Shown: positions 1 to 8,672 of the stretch, piece by piece | Layout: each line of letters begins with the position of its first letter | Numbering within the stretch: the first letter of the stretch is position 1 | From: a virus | Virus record (IMG/VR): IMGVR_UViG_3300024895_000001 | Coordinates: 1-41,804 of that record | Length of the DNA stretch: 41,804 bases | Reading direction: 5' to 3' (one strand) | Notes under the pieces: model-generated | What the model saw: the letters and a program-made list of their open reading frames with translations, nothing else | Databases searched by the model: none | Told to the model about the DNA's origin: nothing | Position numbers and translations under genes: made by a program

Positions 1-121
1 GAAGGCTATGGTGCCATCTTCGGCAATGTCGATTCCTACGGTGACATCATCGAACCCGGCGCTTTCTCCGGGTTCCTGTCGGATGTCCAGTCCGGCAAGC
101 AGAACTGGCCGGCCATGCTGC
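1..121. repeat. Terminal duplication, left copy (identical to 41684..41804)
   Basis: Base-by-base reading shows gaaggctatggtgccatcttcggc...ggccggccatgctgc at both window ends. It lies inside the protease ORF. Confidence 0.95.
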
Positions 122-621
122 TACAGCATGGCGGCTACGGCATGACCGCCGAAGACATGACGCCGATCGGCGTCTGGACCTCGCTTGCTGAAGACGGCAA
201 AGGCCTCAAAGTCTCCGGCAAATTCGCCGACACCCCGCGTGGTCGCGAAGTCTATTCCTTGATGAAAATGACGCCGCGCCCGGCTATCGACGGTCTTTCC
301 ATTGGCTACATCGCCAAGGAATGGGAGCCGCGCAGCAAGCCCGACGATCCGCGCCGCCGCCTGAAGCGGATCGATCTCATTGAAATATCCCCGGTGACCT
401 TTCCCGCTAACGGAAAAGCCCGGGTCGATCAGGTCAAGTCCGGCCTGACCATTCGCGATGCCGAGAAAGCCCTGCGGGATGCCGGGTTCTCGCGTACCGA
501 AGCCAAAGCCATTGTGGCCGACGGCTACAAGACCATGCCTCCGCGAGAAGCTGAGGATTATGGCGCACTGGCGGAAATCATCCGCCGCAACACCGCAATC
601 CTCACTCATAACCAGGAGTAA
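1..621 (+). CDS. Prohead maturation protease, HK97/S78-like (C-terminal part; the ORF begins at 41567 and wraps the junction)
   Basis: It is in frame with 41567..41804 through the duplication. The motif FEGYGAIFGNVDSYGDIIEPGAF is typical of HK97-type prohead proteases. It lies between the portal and capsid genes. Confidence 0.85.
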   Translation, partial: EGYGAIFGNVDSYGDIIEPGAFSGFLSDVQSGKQNWPAMLLQHGGYGMTAEDMTPIGVWTSLAEDGKGLKVSGKFADTPRGREVYSLMKMTPRPAIDGLSIGYIAKEWEPRSKPDDPRRRLKRIDLIEISPVTFPANGKARVDQVKSGLTIRDAEKALRDAGFSRTEAKAIVADGYKTMPPREAEDYGALAEIIRRNTAILTHNQE

Positions 622-624
622 TTC

Positions 625-1989
625 ATGAACCACATCGTGCGTCACCAGCGTTTCATCTGGACGGCGGCTATCCTGCTCGCCGCCGTCATTGTTTCCATGC
701 TCGCCGGCCACCCGTTGGCCTCGCCCGAAGCCCTGGCCAGCCTCGGTCTCATTCCGCTGGCCATCGGCGAAACCACCATGGAAGGCCTCGCCGAACTGCT
801 GCAGAAGCAAGGCCACGCCTTTGAAGAATTCAAAAAGGCCAACGACCAGCTTATCCAGGCCAAGGCTGACGGCAAGGCGGTCGCTGACATCACGGCCACC
901 GTCGAAAAAATCAATGGCGAGCTGACCCAACTCGGCAAGGATATTGCCGAAGTCGCCAAGAAGAACGCCCGCCCGCCGCAAGGTCAGGAAGGTGGCCTGA
1001 GCCAGGAAGCGGCCGAGCACAAATCCGCCTTCCGCGAACAGTTCCTGCGCAAGGGTAACGACGCTGGTCTGTCGGGTCTCGAACGCAAGGCCTACCAGAT
1101 GGGCTCCGATGTCGACGGCGGCTACCTGGTCGATTCCGAAATGGCCGCCGAGATCGATCGCATTGCCAGCACCGTATCGACCGTGCGCTCCCTGGCCGAT
1201 GTCCGCACCATCGGCAAAGCCAGCCTGGAGTTCCGCGTCAAGACGGCCGGCATGGCCGCGCGCTGGGTCGGTGAAGGAGAGGCAGGTGGCGAAACGACCA
1301 ATCCGAAATACGCCAAGCTCGAAATCTTCGCCGAAGAGATGGAAGCCGAGCCGTGGGTGTACAACACCACCCTGGAAGACGCCGACGTCGACCTGGTCAT
1401 GGACCTGACCGATGAAGCTGGTATCGCCTTTGGCGAGGCCGAAGGTTCCGCCTTCGTGTCCGGCAACGGCATCAAGAAACCGCGCGGCTTCCTGACCTAT
1501 GACGTGGTCGCCAACGCCAACTACGCCTGGAACAGCATCGGCTATATCGCCTCGGGCGGCGCCGGCGCCTTTGCCTCCTCCAACCCGGGCGATAACATCA
1601 TCGACCTGCTGCATTCGATGAAGGCCACGTACCGCAATGGCGCCACGCTGCTGATGGCCGACACCACGCTGGCCGCTCTCCGCAAGATCAAGGACGGCTC
1701 GGGAAACTTCTACCTGTTTAATCCCGACCCGACCGGTGAATTCGCCGGCCTGGTGCTCGGCAAGCCCGTTGTTGTCGACGACAACATGCCGGTCATCGCC
1801 GCCAACAGCTACTCCATTGCCTACGCCAACTGGAAGCGCGCCTACCGCATCGTCGATCGCCGTGGCATCACGCTGATCCGCGACAACATCACCACCAAGG
1901 GCACCACCAAGTTCAATTTCCGCAAGCGCGTCGGCGGCGGCATCCGCAACTTCGAAGCTATCAAGCTGATGAAGTTCGCGGCCAGCTAA
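625..1989 (+). CDS. Major capsid protein, HK97 family (with N-terminal delta/scaffold-like coiled-coil region)
   Basis: 454-aa ORF immediately after the protease. It has a charged coiled-coil N-terminus followed by GGYLV...-type HK97-fold sequence. Position is syntenic. Confidence 0.85.
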   Translation: MNHIVRHQRFIWTAAILLAAVIVSMLAGHPLASPEALASLGLIPLAIGETTMEGLAELLQKQGHAFEEFKKANDQLIQAKADGKAVADITATVEKINGELTQLGKDIAEVAKKNARPPQGQEGGLSQEAAEHKSAFREQFLRKGNDAGLSGLERKAYQMGSDVDGGYLVDSEMAAEIDRIASTVSTVRSLADVRTIGKASLEFRVKTAGMAARWVGEGEAGGETTNPKYAKLEIFAEEMEAEPWVYNTTLEDADVDLVMDLTDEAGIAFGEAEGSAFVSGNGIKKPRGFLTYDVVANANYAWNSIGYIASGGAGAFASSNPGDNIIDLLHSMKATYRNGATLLMADTTLAALRKIKDGSGNFYLFNPDPTGEFAGLVLGKPVVVDDNMPVIAANSYSIAYANWKRAYRIVDRRGITLIRDNITTKGTTKFNFRKRVGGGIRNFEAIKLMKFAAS

Positions 1990-2061
1990 TCGGCCGATCC
2001 GACCTAATCGCGGCATTGGCAACAATGCTGCGGTCAACCTGATTTTTTGGAGAAAAACCAA

Positions 2062-2484
2062 ATGCGAGATTTGCACAACAACATTGCCCCGAAGCGGGTA
2101 ATTTCGCCGGTGTCCGTCGCCGACAACACCGCCCAGGTCGGTCAGATCATCGATCGTCAAGGCTTCAACGCCCTGGAGTACATCATCTTGGCCGGTTCGC
2201 TGGCCGACGCCGATGCCACCTTCACCGTCCTGCTCGAAGAAGGAGACGCAGCCAATCTTTCCGATGCGGCCGCTGTTGCCGATGCCGATCTGCTTGGTAC
2301 CGAAGCCCAGGCAAGCTTCACCTTCGCCGCCGACGACAAGGTATTCAAGCTCGGCTACAAGGGCAACAAGCGCTATTCCCGGCTGACTGTGACCCCGGCC
2401 AATAACGCCTCGGCCGCGCTGCTCGCCGCTGTTGCCGTGCTTGGCGATCCGTGCTGCGCACCGACGGCCAACCCGCCGGCGTAA
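2062..2484 (+). CDS. Hypothetical head-associated protein (possible decoration/cement protein by position)
   Basis: ATG at 2062 is preceded by GGAG at 2049-2052. It lies directly downstream of the capsid gene and has GC3-rich codon usage. Function was not recognised. Confidence 0.55.
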   Translation: MRDLHNNIAPKRVISPVSVADNTAQVGQIIDRQGFNALEYIILAGSLADADATFTVLLEEGDAANLSDAAAVADADLLGTEAQASFTFAADDKVFKLGYKGNKRYSRLTVTPANNASAALLAAVAVLGDPCCAPTANPPA

Positions 2485-2548
2485 CCGACGATCCCATAAA
2501 CCAGACGCCACCTTTCGAGGTGGCGTTTTCATTTGAACAGGAGCCAAC

Positions 2549-2851
2549 ATGCAAATCGTTGTCAAGGAATTCAAGGGGTCGCCCGATGGCTACACCGTGG
2601 TTGACTACAAGGTCAACCAGGAAGTCGATCTACCCCCGGATCTACTCAAAGTGGCTCGTGCTGAAAAGTGGGTCAAGGACAAAAAATCCGCACAGTCGAA
2701 GGCCGCGCCTGTTGTGGTTGCGCCGGTCGCCCAGCCAGTCGCGGATTCCGCCGCCTTCGAGCCAGCCGCCGAATCCACCGAAGAAACCACCGAAGAAACC
2801 ACCGAAGAAACCACCGGCCCCGCAGTCCAGGCCGACACCCCGCAGGAGTAA
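2549..2851 (+). CDS. Hypothetical protein with C-terminal (TEET)x3 acidic repeat
   Basis: 100-aa ORF with a 12-bp tandem repeat, accgaagaaacc x3, at about 2776-2811. Confidence 0.5.
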   Translation: MQIVVKEFKGSPDGYTVVDYKVNQEVDLPPDLLKVARAEKWVKDKKSAQSKAAPVVVAPVAQPVADSAAFEPAAESTEETTEETTEETTGPAVQADTPQE

Positions 2852-2854
2852 TCC

Positions 2855-3277
2855 ATGGCCTCAACTGCCTACGACTCATTTGTTTTCGACGCCATGTCCG
2901 GAGCAATCGACCTCGACTCAGATCCCTTCAAGGTGATGCTCGTCACCATGGGATATGCCGAAGATAAGGCCGCGCACAGCAAGCGCAGCAGCATCACCAA
3001 CGAGGTTTCAGGCACCGGCTACACGGCAGGCGGACAGACTATTGTCCCGACCATTACCAAGGACACAACCAACCACAAGACGGTCATCACCTTCCCGCAA
3101 GTTACTTGGACGTCATCGACGATCACTGCTCGCAAAGCGGTTTATTACAAGTCGCGTGGCGGTGCGTCTTCGGCTGACGAGTTGGTTGCTGTAGATGATT
3201 TCGGGTCTGATGTTTCGACGACCGCTGGAACATTTACGCTCAATGCTACGACGATCAATATCAACACACCGGTATAA
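2855..3277 (+). CDS. Hypothetical virion-module protein
   Basis: 140-aa ORF tightly packed after the previous gene. No family was recognised. Confidence 0.55.
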   Translation: MASTAYDSFVFDAMSGAIDLDSDPFKVMLVTMGYAEDKAAHSKRSSITNEVSGTGYTAGGQTIVPTITKDTTNHKTVITFPQVTWTSSTITARKAVYYKSRGGASSADELVAVDDFGSDVSTTAGTFTLNATTININTPV

Positions 3278-3286
3278 GGATATTCC

Positions 3287-4687
3287 GTGGGCGAGTCCTA
3301 CATTTGCCCGTCCGGTGGCTACATCGCCGCCGGGCGCCATCGCTTCGCGCATAACGCGCTGCTCGATCTGATCGCTGCAGCGCCTGCTGGTTCGTGGCTG
3401 AAAGCCAACACCAACACCGCGCAAAGCGTCTGGCCCGGCTCGGATTACCTGCCCATGTTCGGGCTTGGCCCCGGCTCGCCATCGGCAATCATTCGCTGCT
3501 GGTCCGGCTTTGGCTGGGATGATGTAAATCACCGGCTAGTCATCTTCGGCGGCGGACACGCGAACTACAGCGGCAACGACACGTACATCTGGGATGCTGC
3601 CACCCGCCAATGGCAACTCGCCTTCTACCCGTCAGACGTGAAGACCAACGCCAGCGGCCATGAAACCATCGACGGTCCGCTGCACTCGCCGGTATCCAGC
3701 CACACCTACAGCAACAACAACTACCTGCCGAAGCTGAACCGCTTTGTCACGCTCGGCGGCGCCTGCCACTCGTCTGGCGGCCCGTTCCTTGTGACCGATA
3801 GCGGCGGTGCCACATTGCGCCAGCTACCCGGCGGCTATACCTGCGACCTGTCGCAAGCCGGCCAAGGAAAGGTCGGCGGCCTGGCTGGCAGCAACGTCAA
3901 GCGCGGCAGCGCGGCGGCAGTCAATCTCGACGGCGCAAACGCCTGGTATCCCCGCGACTGGCTGCTTGATCACCCGCAAGCGACGCTCGCCAATGAGCTG
4001 ACCCGTCACGTCAATTTCTTTACCTGCTACCGGGAAGAGGCCGGGAAGGACGTGCTCTACGTCGGCGCGTCGTCTGGCGGAACAAACCCGAGCCTGTATC
4101 GTGTCCAGTACAACGACGCGAACAACTATCTGACCGACCAGATCACGAAGGTAGGGAAAACGTGGTCGAACACCGGACTGGATACCGGCGCCGCACTGGA
4201 TGTCGACAAGAACGTCCTGATCTATCTCGGCCCGACCGGAACCTATCCGATCTACGGCTGGGATTTGGACTACGCCGGCTCTGAAAACACGAATTTCCGG
4301 GTTGCCGCTGCGGACCTGACCGGGCCGGGCGCTGCTGAATTCCTGTCTGTCGGCACTGGCGATATGGGCCTGCTCTACGACCCGCGCCGCGGCTATTTCG
4401 TCGCCTGGGAGCGCGGCGGCAGAATCTGGGCCATCCATACCCCAATCGGCGACCCTGTACCCACCACCGGCTGGTACGTCGAAAAGCTGGTCGATCCAAC
4501 CAGTCCGCGTCCCAAGACTGGCGCAGAACTTGGCGCCGATGCTGCCGACACCGAATGGGACAAGGGCGTCGTCGGAAAGTGGAAGTACGCCAAGGACATG
4601 GACTGCTACATCGGCCTTCAAGGCGCTTTCTCGGGCGATGTCTGGCTTTACAAACCAACCGGCTGGCATGACCCGAGGAACGGGTAA
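3287..4687 (+). CDS. Hypothetical protein, possible Kelch/beta-propeller-like
   Basis: 466-aa ORF with a GTG start. Segments such as VIFGGGHANYSGNDTYIWD and LYVGASSGG are reminiscent of Kelch/galactose-oxidase-type blades. This is an inference only. Confidence 0.45.
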   Translation: MGESYICPSGGYIAAGRHRFAHNALLDLIAAAPAGSWLKANTNTAQSVWPGSDYLPMFGLGPGSPSAIIRCWSGFGWDDVNHRLVIFGGGHANYSGNDTYIWDAATRQWQLAFYPSDVKTNASGHETIDGPLHSPVSSHTYSNNNYLPKLNRFVTLGGACHSSGGPFLVTDSGGATLRQLPGGYTCDLSQAGQGKVGGLAGSNVKRGSAAAVNLDGANAWYPRDWLLDHPQATLANELTRHVNFFTCYREEAGKDVLYVGASSGGTNPSLYRVQYNDANNYLTDQITKVGKTWSNTGLDTGAALDVDKNVLIYLGPTGTYPIYGWDLDYAGSENTNFRVAAADLTGPGAAEFLSVGTGDMGLLYDPRRGYFVAWERGGRIWAIHTPIGDPVPTTGWYVEKLVDPTSPRPKTGAELGADAADTEWDKGVVGKWKYAKDMDCYIGLQGAFSGDVWLYKPTGWHDPRNG

Positions 4688-4689
4688 AA

Positions 4690-6201
4690 ATGGCATACAC
4701 GCTAAACACCGGGCATGAACTCTACGGCAACCTGGTCGAACTAATCGGTGTTCAATCTGGCGCACTTGTTTCTCACAAGACGGCGCGGACATTCACCAAA
4801 CATGCCGAGGCCAGCTACCAGACTGGCGGCGCATACGGCGAAGCCCTGCGCACGGTCGGCGGCGGCTTCACTGTCAAGGGGGCATCATTCACGCCTGCGG
4901 TGACCATTGATACCACCGTGAATACCAGCGCGACGATCGTCATCATCGTTAATCAGGTCTTGGCAGCCGGCGGCGGCGGCCAGCGCCCGCTGGTCAGCTC
5001 GCAGACCACGGCGGCCGGCGCGTTCACAGTCGGTTTGACCAGCGCCGGGTTGCCGACTGCGCTGGAAAACTGGAACACGCTGAAGACCACTGGCACCACG
5101 GACCTAGACACCGCTGCCACGCCGCACATGCTGGCCGCCGTCAAGATCGGTGAGACTGCGCACAAGCTCTACGTCGATGGCAGCTTCGAAGTCGATAGCG
5201 CGACGCGCCTTGCCTACAACACGATCAACGGGGCATTCTGGAATTACCTCGGCGGAGCGGTCGGTCAGGGTTCTGTCGCGGCAGATATTGTCTGGGTGGC
5301 GTGGTTCAATAAGGCGCTATCCGAAGCCGAACTGGATGGCCTGTATTCATCGCTCGGTGCTGGGAACACATTTGGCTTGGTCGGCATGGCGTCTGTCGAT
5401 GGTGCCGCAGCCGGGGCAACCCTGAGCAGCACGTCTAGCATCTCCGCCGGAGCTGCCAGCGGCGGTATCGATGGCAGTGCGCCAGGATCAATCCTGAACG
5501 GAGCGTCGAGCCTTTCTGCGGGGTCGGCTACCGGCAATTTCATCGGCCTGCTCGCCTCCCAGATCGTCGCCGAGACGGCTACTGGCGATCATGGCCCCGG
5601 CCTGCTGTACGATGAAGCGCTGGCGAACCCCGGCCACTACCTGCGCCTGCAGGTCACCTCGACGCCATCGTCGGGGACGCTGACCGTCTATCAAAACGGC
5701 AGCTTCGATCTGATTGGCGCGGCCGATGGCGTCTATACCATCGGGTACAACTGGTATCTGGACGACGTTTTCGCTGGCAGTGACGTAGCGACCGTAGCCA
5801 TCGGGCCGGTGAACGCTTCCGCACCAGGGGCCGGCCTGAACGGAGTTAGCACGCTGACCGCCGGTGCTGCTGCTGGACAGCAGAACGCCAGCGCTCCGGG
5901 CGCTACGCTGACCGGCGTGAGTAGCATCGCGGAAGGCAGTGCGTCCGGCGGATCGGGTGGGGATGCTACGGCACCCGGCGCCGCTTTGACCGGGGCAAGC
6001 GACATCGCTGCCGGCGCGGCGAACGGCGAACAGAACGCCAGCGCTCCCGGCGCTACGCTAACCGGCAGTTCAACGATGACAGCCGGTACTGGTTCGGGTG
6101 CCGGGCCAACTATCTACATCAGAGCCCCATCCGGCGGCGGATCAAACATCATTCAACCGACTGGCGCCCGCCCCGGAAATACTGCCGGACAGCGCCGCTA
6201 A
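4690..6201 (+). CDS. Hypothetical protein: N-terminal LamG/ConA-like-looking region plus six ~23-aa Ala/Gly/Ser-rich repeats
   Basis: 503-aa ORF with repeats of the form [ND]ASAPGATLTG.S.[IL].AG.A.G. Near-identical 36-nt blocks occur at 5881-5916 and 6031-6066. Confidence 0.55.
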   Translation: MAYTLNTGHELYGNLVELIGVQSGALVSHKTARTFTKHAEASYQTGGAYGEALRTVGGGFTVKGASFTPAVTIDTTVNTSATIVIIVNQVLAAGGGGQRPLVSSQTTAAGAFTVGLTSAGLPTALENWNTLKTTGTTDLDTAATPHMLAAVKIGETAHKLYVDGSFEVDSATRLAYNTINGAFWNYLGGAVGQGSVAADIVWVAWFNKALSEAELDGLYSSLGAGNTFGLVGMASVDGAAAGATLSSTSSISAGAASGGIDGSAPGSILNGASSLSAGSATGNFIGLLASQIVAETATGDHGPGLLYDEALANPGHYLRLQVTSTPSSGTLTVYQNGSFDLIGAADGVYTIGYNWYLDDVFAGSDVATVAIGPVNASAPGAGLNGVSTLTAGAAAGQQNASAPGATLTGVSSIAEGSASGGSGGDATAPGAALTGASDIAAGAANGEQNASAPGATLTGSSTMTAGTGSGAGPTIYIRAPSGGGSNIIQPTGARPGNTAGQRR

Positions 6202-6213
6202 GGACAAACCAGC

Positions 6214-6786
6214 ATGCCCTACAAAATCATCACCGCGCCGAGTGAGGAACCGGTGTCGCTGGCTGAGGCGCGATACCAGTGCCGGGTCGACGGCGCCGAT
6301 GACGACGCACTGCTCACGGCGCTGATCGTCGCCGCCCGCGAGCAGGCCGAGCACGAAACCGGCCGCGCCCTCTGCACGCAGACCCGCGAGCTGGTCCTTG
6401 ATGGCTTCCCGGAAGCCTTCGTCCTGCGCGGCGCGCCGATCCAGTCGCTGGTCTCGCTCAAGTTCCTCGACGAAGCCGGCGACGAGCAAACGCTCGACCC
6501 GCAAGACACGCTGCTCGACAAGGATTCCGAACCCGGCTACCTGGTCCCCGCCTACGGCAAGGCCTGGCCGGCCAGCCAGGCCGTCCCCAACGCCGTGCGT
6601 GTCCGCTACACCTGTGGCTACGGTGCCGCCTCGGCCGTGCCGCAAAGCATCAAGCACTGGACCCTGCTCGCCGTCGGCGCCTGGTATGCCCAGCGCGAAG
6701 CCTTTGTCGCTGGCCAGGCCACCGCGCTGCCAGACCGTTTCTGGCACCGCCTGCTCGACCCCTACCGCCTGTACGAGGCCGCCTGA
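6214..6786 (+). CDS. Head-tail connector protein (gp6-like / phage DNA-packaging QLRG-type family)
   Basis: The N-terminus ...PVSLAEARYQCRVDGADDDALLTALIVAAREQAEHETGRAL is typical of gp6-like connectors. Position precedes the head-tail adaptor. Confidence 0.7.
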   Translation: MPYKIITAPSEEPVSLAEARYQCRVDGADDDALLTALIVAAREQAEHETGRALCTQTRELVLDGFPEAFVLRGAPIQSLVSLKFLDEAGDEQTLDPQDTLLDKDSEPGYLVPAYGKAWPASQAVPNAVRVRYTCGYGAASAVPQSIKHWTLLAVGAWYAQREAFVAGQATALPDRFWHRLLDPYRLYEAA

Positions 6787-7121
6787 TGATCGCCGCCGGA
6801 GAATTCGACCAGCGCATCACCTTCCAGCAAAAGTCGGTGATCAAGAACGGGATTGGCGAAGAAGTCGCCACCTGGGCCGACGTCGTCACCGTCTGGGCCA
6901 AGGTCATGCCCCTGCGCGGCAATGCCTTCTTCGCCGCCAACCAGCAGCAGCACGTCATCGATGCCCGCTTCCTCATCCGCGAGCGCGCCGGCCTGACCAC
7001 CGACATGCGCCTGCTGTGGAAAGGCGAGCCCTACGACATCACCAACCTGATCACCGGCACCGGCCCCTATGTCGGGACCATCGAAGTGCCGGCGGTCCAT
7101 GGAGCGAAAGATGGTCGATAG
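6786..7121 (+). CDS. Head-tail adaptor / head-closure protein (SPP1 gp16 / Phage_H_T_join-like)
   Basis: 111 aa. It shows the pattern ...FDQRITFQQ...W..VWAKV.PLRG.E...A.Q......F.IR characteristic of this family. ATGA overlap with the upstream gene. Confidence 0.7.
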   Translation: MIAAGEFDQRITFQQKSVIKNGIGEEVATWADVVTVWAKVMPLRGNAFFAANQQQHVIDARFLIRERAGLTTDMRLLWKGEPYDITNLITGTGPYVGTIEVPAVHGAKDGR

Positions 7122-7611
7122 CGTCACCGCTAAGATCCATGGCCTCGACGACCTCAAGCGCGTCCTGGACGAACTGCCCAAGCAGCTGCGCAGGAAGGTT
7201 GTGCTCGGCGCGCTCCGCAAGGCTGCCCGGGTGCCGCTGCAGGCCGCGCGTCAGGTTGTCCCGGTCATGTCGTCCGCCGATGCGGCGAAAGCGCCGTATC
7301 GCACCCCGGGGCTGATCAAGCGGCGCCTGATGGTCCGGGCCAGCAAATCGTCCGGCCGGGCCGGGAATGTCGGTGTCTTCATCAACGTCAAGCCGCTCAA
7401 GACGGCAGCTATTCGCGGCTTCAGGCGGATAGGCGGCAAGTCAAGCCAGAACCCGGTCGATCCGTTCTACTGGAAGTTCGTCAACTTCGGCACCCGGAAG
7501 ATGCAGAAAACCGACTTCATGGCCAAGGCGGCCGATGCTTTGCCGCAGGCGCTGGAAGTTTTCAAGGCCCAGATCGCCCCGGTCATCCAATGGTGGAACA
7601 GTCGCAAATGA
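7111..7611 (+). CDS. HK97 gp10-family tail-attachment/neck protein
   Basis: The N-terminal ...TAKIHGLDDLKRVLDELPKQLRRKV... resembles HK97 gp10-family proteins. ATG 7111 overlaps the upstream stop. In-frame alternative starts exist at 7069 and 7099. Confidence 0.65.
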   Translation: MVDSVTAKIHGLDDLKRVLDELPKQLRRKVVLGALRKAARVPLQAARQVVPVMSSADAAKAPYRTPGLIKRRLMVRASKSSGRAGNVGVFINVKPLKTAAIRGFRRIGGKSSQNPVDPFYWKFVNFGTRKMQKTDFMAKAADALPQALEVFKAQIAPVIQWWNSRK

Positions 7612-7964
7612 GCGCCGAAACCCAACTCTATGCCGCCCTGTCTGGCTGGACGGGCCTGACCGATCTGGTCGCCAACCGTATCTATCCGGATGCCATTCCG
7701 GAAAACGTCGATCTCCCGGCCGTCGTCTATGTCCGGGCCGGAACCAACCCGACCTACACCATCGGCGGCGCGCTGGTCTGCGAAGACGTCCGGATGGCTG
7801 TCACCGTCTGGGCGCCAACCCGCACCGAAGCAGAAGCCGTTGCCGATCAGGTACGGCTGGCTATCGATGGCAGCGGCAACCCGGTCGCCAATCGCTCCGG
7901 AGGTTTCGACAATGAAGTCGGCTTGTTCGCTGTCACCATCGAAACCGACTGGTTTTTCACGTAG
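7608..7964 (+). CDS. Tail completion/terminator-like protein (DUF3168-like)
   Basis: ATGA overlap with the upstream stop. The sequence LYAAL.....LTDLVANRIYPD.IPE...LPAVVY resembles DUF3168 tail components. Position is just before the major tail gene. Confidence 0.6.
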   Translation: MSAETQLYAALSGWTGLTDLVANRIYPDAIPENVDLPAVVYVRAGTNPTYTIGGALVCEDVRMAVTVWAPTRTEAEAVADQVRLAIDGSGNPVANRSGGFDNEVGLFAVTIETDWFFT

Positions 7965-7983
7965 CACCGCAGCACCAACAACC

Positions 7984-8007
7984 AACCGCCTCCGGGCGGT
8001 TTTTTTA
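7984..8007 (+). terminator. Rho-independent terminator-like hairpin (aaccgcc-tccg-ggcggtt + T7)
   Basis: 7-bp GC-rich stem, 4-nt loop and a run of 7 T read directly. It sits between the head/neck genes and the major tail gene. Confidence 0.7.
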
Positions 8008-8027
8008 CGTCCATCGAAAGGTAAATC

Positions 8028-8669
8028 ATGGCCACTGCAAAGAAATGGTCGAACGTCGCTGTAGCAATGCAGTCGGCGCTCGCAGCTGCAATCACTATCA
8101 CCGGCATCTCCAAGGCTGCCGAAGGGGTGGTGACCGCAACAAACACTCTCGTCGCTGGCGACTTCGTTGTCCTGTCCGTTCAGGGCATGCGCCAGGTCGA
8201 TGACCGGGTATTCCGAGTCAAGTCGCCGACAGGTAGCAACTTCGTCCTGGAAGGCGAAGATACCACCCTGTTCGACACCTTTACCTCGGGAACCTGCCAG
8301 AAAATCACTTTCGGCACCTCGATCACCACGGCGACCAGCCTGTCCAGCTCCGGTGGCGAGTTTGACTTCCTGGATACCACCACCATCCATCAGGCTGCTC
8401 GCTCGCAGATGCCTGGCCTTCCGTCGGCTGCTTCGTTCAGTTTTGACAATATCTGGGACGTTTCCGACGCCGGCCTGAAGGCGATGAAGTCCGCTTCCGA
8501 TGCCCAGGCAAAGCGTGCCTTCATGTTCACCTTCGGCGCCGGTGGACAGATCATGGTCTTCAACGGCTACGTCGGTGCCTCCCTGCTGCCCGGCGGTTCG
8601 GCGCAGCAGCTGGTGACGACAAAGACGACGATCACCATGAACGGCACCCCGACCTACTACGCGAGCTAA
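8028..8669 (+). CDS. Major tail (tube) protein
   Basis: 213-aa ORF directly upstream of the G/GT chaperone pair and tape measure. It is preceded by a terminator and the RBS aaaggtaaatc. Confidence 0.7.
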   Translation: MATAKKWSNVAVAMQSALAAAITITGISKAAEGVVTATNTLVAGDFVVLSVQGMRQVDDRVFRVKSPTGSNFVLEGEDTTLFDTFTSGTCQKITFGTSITTATSLSSSGGEFDFLDTTTIHQAARSQMPGLPSAASFSFDNIWDVSDAGLKAMKSASDAQAKRAFMFTFGAGGQIMVFNGYVGASLLPGGSAQQLVTTKTTITMNGTPTYYAS

Positions 8670-8672
8670 CCC

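Noticed and set aside
1-121. Direct terminal repeat as physical genome ends (DTR packaging).
   Set aside because: The repeat interrupts an essential gene in frame, and the packaging module (HNH + P27 terS + terL) is cos-type. It is more likely an assembly overlap.
121-2574. 817-aa ORF on the minus strand opposite the protease and capsid genes. Similar long antisense ORFs occur at 7467-8975, 12349-13767, 39389-40423, 33640-34716, 25365-26486 and 24808-25548.
   Set aside because: They are Arg/Gly/Ala/Pro-rich low-complexity translations. They lie antisense or out of frame to genes with clear family signatures. This is a typical artefact of high-GC DNA lacking stop codons.
2451-2967. Alternative-frame ORFs with PKKPPKKPPKK and HRRNHRRNHRRN repeats.
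   Set aside because: They are frame-shifted readings of the same 12-bp tandem repeat that encodes TEETTEETTEET in the better-supported 2549-2851 ORF.
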